In this document: one piece after another, positions 22,501-23,211 of the stretch
Numbering within the stretch: position 1 is the first letter of the stretch
Layout of the letters: the number at the start of each line of letters is the position of its first letter
Origin: a virus
Lineage: Duplodnaviria > Heunggongvirae > Uroviricota > Caudoviricetes
Reading direction: 5' to 3' (one strand)
Virus record (IMG/VR): IMGVR_UViG_2563366999_000003
Location: 1 to 23,211 of that record
Length of the DNA: 23,211 nucleotides
The notes under the pieces: model-generated
The model's input: only the letters and a program-made list of their open reading frames with translations
Told to the model about the DNA's origin: nothing
Databases searched by the model: none
Translations under genes and position numbers: made by a program

Positions 22501-23211
22501 AGCCACAGTGCAACTTATTACACCATTCGAATAACAACAGCCACGACGACAAGTGTCTCTGGCGCACTCACTAATGCGGAATTTATCTATGTGTTTAATG
22601 GCACAGCTTATTCCCCCGGATGGCGTCGTGCACTGAACACAAAGAAACTGCCCACACCGCTTGAAATTGGCGCTTACAGCATATCGGAGATTAACCAACT
22701 CAATAAAAGTTTTATCACGTCATCAAAACTCGAAGGCGGCTCGTTAGATGCAAACTTCCAGACGTTAAGTTGTTATTATTTGCAAATATTCGACATTCAG
22801 ACAACAACCGATAGTCCTAACATGTTCGTAAGTCCGGTTGCTGGTTACAACATGGTATTTCGTTCGACTTCATCCCGTCGATACAAGACGGATATCGAGT
22901 CTTTAGAGAACAGGTACGCGGACGAGTTGTTGAAACTTCGTCCTGTATGGTATCGCTCGACTTGTGAAAGGGACAGAAAGGACTGGGGACATTATGGCCT
23001 TATTGCAGAAGAAGTCGGAGAGATAGCACCGCAATATGTTCACTGGCGTCCTCTTACAGACGAGGATGATCCAGGTATAGCGTCTGATAATGGGATGGTT
23101 GCAGAAGGCGTGATGTATGACCGTCTGGTTGTTCCACTCATTCATCATATTCAGAAACTGACAAAAAGGGTTGAGGAGCTTGAAGCAAAGTTAAAGCTAT
23201 CCGAGCTATAA
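19570..23211 (+). CDS. stf: Side tail fibre protein Stf (1213 aa from ATG 19570): lambda-Stf-like N-terminus, Ala/Ser-rich shaft, fibre repeats, divergent distal tip, C-terminal intramolecular-chaperone-like autoprocessing domain
   Basis: N-terminus MTVKISGVLKDGAGKPVQNCTIQLKARRNSTTVVVNTVASENPDEAGRYSMDVEYGQYSV matches lambda Stf. ATG 19570 has GGGG 5 nt upstream; an in-frame GTG at 19564 would add 2 aa. Uninterrupted ORF to the TAA at the last 3 nt of the window. C-terminal about 115 aa resemble endosialidase-type intramolecular chaperone (peptidase S74) domains. Confidence 0.92.
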   Translation: MTVKISGVLKDGAGKPVQNCTIQLKARRNSTTVVVNTVASENPDEAGRYSMDVEYGQYSVTLLVEGFPPSHAGTITVYEDSKPGTLNDFLGAMTEDDARPEALRRFELMVEEVARNASAVAQNAEAAKKSASDASTSASEAETHATDAADSARAASTSAGQAASSAQSASSSAGTASTKATEASKSAAAAESSKSAAATSASAAKTSETNAAASQQSAATSASTATTKASDAATSARDAAASKEAAKSSETSAASSASSAASSATAAGNSAKAAKTSETNARASETAAEQSASAAADSKTAAASSASAASTSAGQASASATAAGKSAESASSSATTATAKATEATNQATAAKNSASAAKSSETNAKTSEDNAASSKAAAAESASSASASATSASASKDEAIRQASAAKGSASTASTKATEAAGSATAASQSKTAAESAATRAEAAADRAEEIAGAVAMEDASLTTKGVVKLSSAVDSTSESLAATPKAVKAVNDNANSRVPSDRKINGKALTGDITLTPKDIGTLNSVTMSFSGGAGWFKLATVTMPQASSIVYITLIGGAGYNVGSPQQAGISELVLRAGNGNPKGITGALWKRTAVGLTNFAWINTSGDTYDIYVETGNYATSVNIHWDCTANASVSVYTSPAYSASKPSGVTDGVVYTMYSSHQKPTPSDIGALPTTGGTVSGPLSVTGGITGALKGNADTATKLAAAKKINGVKFDGSADINLTPENIGAFALRATGAYADSDGAVPWNAESGAYNVTRSGDSCLVANFYTGVGSCQTLQIRAHYKNGGLFYRSSRDGYGFEEDWTQIYTKKDSIPGVNTTGNQNTTGNAATATKLQTARTIGGVSFDGTANINLPGVNTTGNQSTTGNAATATKLQTARTINGVSFDGSANISLSPANIGCPASPTGWLGTGSNGASITTAQLVTILQNNGAFNTKAWVARCAWAYADSASIPDSETGCGIIPLAGAVIEVFSHSATYYTIRITTATTTSVSGALTNAEFIYVFNGTAYSPGWRRALNTKKLPTPLEIGAYSISEINQLNKSFITSSKLEGGSLDANFQTLSCYYLQIFDIQTTTDSPNMFVSPVAGYNMVFRSTSSRRYKTDIESLENRYADELLKLRPVWYRSTCERDRKDWGHYGLIAEEVGEIAPQYVHWRPLTDEDDPGIASDNGMVAEGVMYDRLVVPLIHHIQKLTKRVEELEAKLKLSEL
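19915..20930 (+). repeat. Low-complexity Ala/Ser/Thr/Lys-rich periodic region of stf (predicted helical shaft)
   Basis: About 340 codons dominated by A, S, T, K, E. The motif AAK(T/S)SET(N/S)A recurs with its K codon at 20182, 20308, 20392 and 20644, i.e. spacings of 126, 84 and 252 nt, all multiples of 42 nt (14 codons). Confidence 0.8.
22030..22269 (+). repeat. Two tandem 120-nt (40-codon) tail-fibre repeats within stf
   Basis: Unit 1 22030-22149 (GVNTTGNQNTTGNAATATKLQTARTIGGVSFDGTANINLP) and unit 2 22150-22269 (GVNTTGNQSTTGNAATATKLQTARTINGVSFDGSANISLS). A more degenerate copy lies upstream (GNADTATKLAAAKKINGVKFDGSADINLTPENIGA, about 21660-21780). Confidence 0.9.

Overview
The window is a near-complete late (morphogenesis) operon of a phage-lambda-like siphovirus or prophage, collinear with lambda from the 3' part of Nu1 to the side tail fibre gene stf, all on the + strand. 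Gene order is Nu1(partial)-A-W-B-C/Nu3-D-E-FI-FII-Z-U-V-G/GT-H-M-L-K-I-J-lom-stf. Genes are tightly packed, many with ATGA or TGATG start/stop overlaps, and the G-T -1 frameshift site is present. Head and proximal tail proteins match my recollection of the lambda proteins closely; I could not run a search, so this is recognition from memory. The divergence lies in the host-recognition modules. J is about 100 codons longer than I recall for lambda J, with an expanded coiled-coil segment and a divergent C-terminal tip. stf is an intact 1213-codon ORF with an Ala/Ser-rich periodic shaft, a 40-codon tandem repeat and a C-terminal autoproteolytic intramolecular-chaperone-like domain. lom sits as a terminator-flanked moron between J and stf. 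I do not see a novel multi-gene system: every stretch is accounted for by the lambda-like genes, minus-strand ORFs are antisense artefacts, and no intergenic gap exceeds about 70 nt. The most interesting material is the mosaic receptor-recognition ends of J and stf and a likely mis-annotated start for K.
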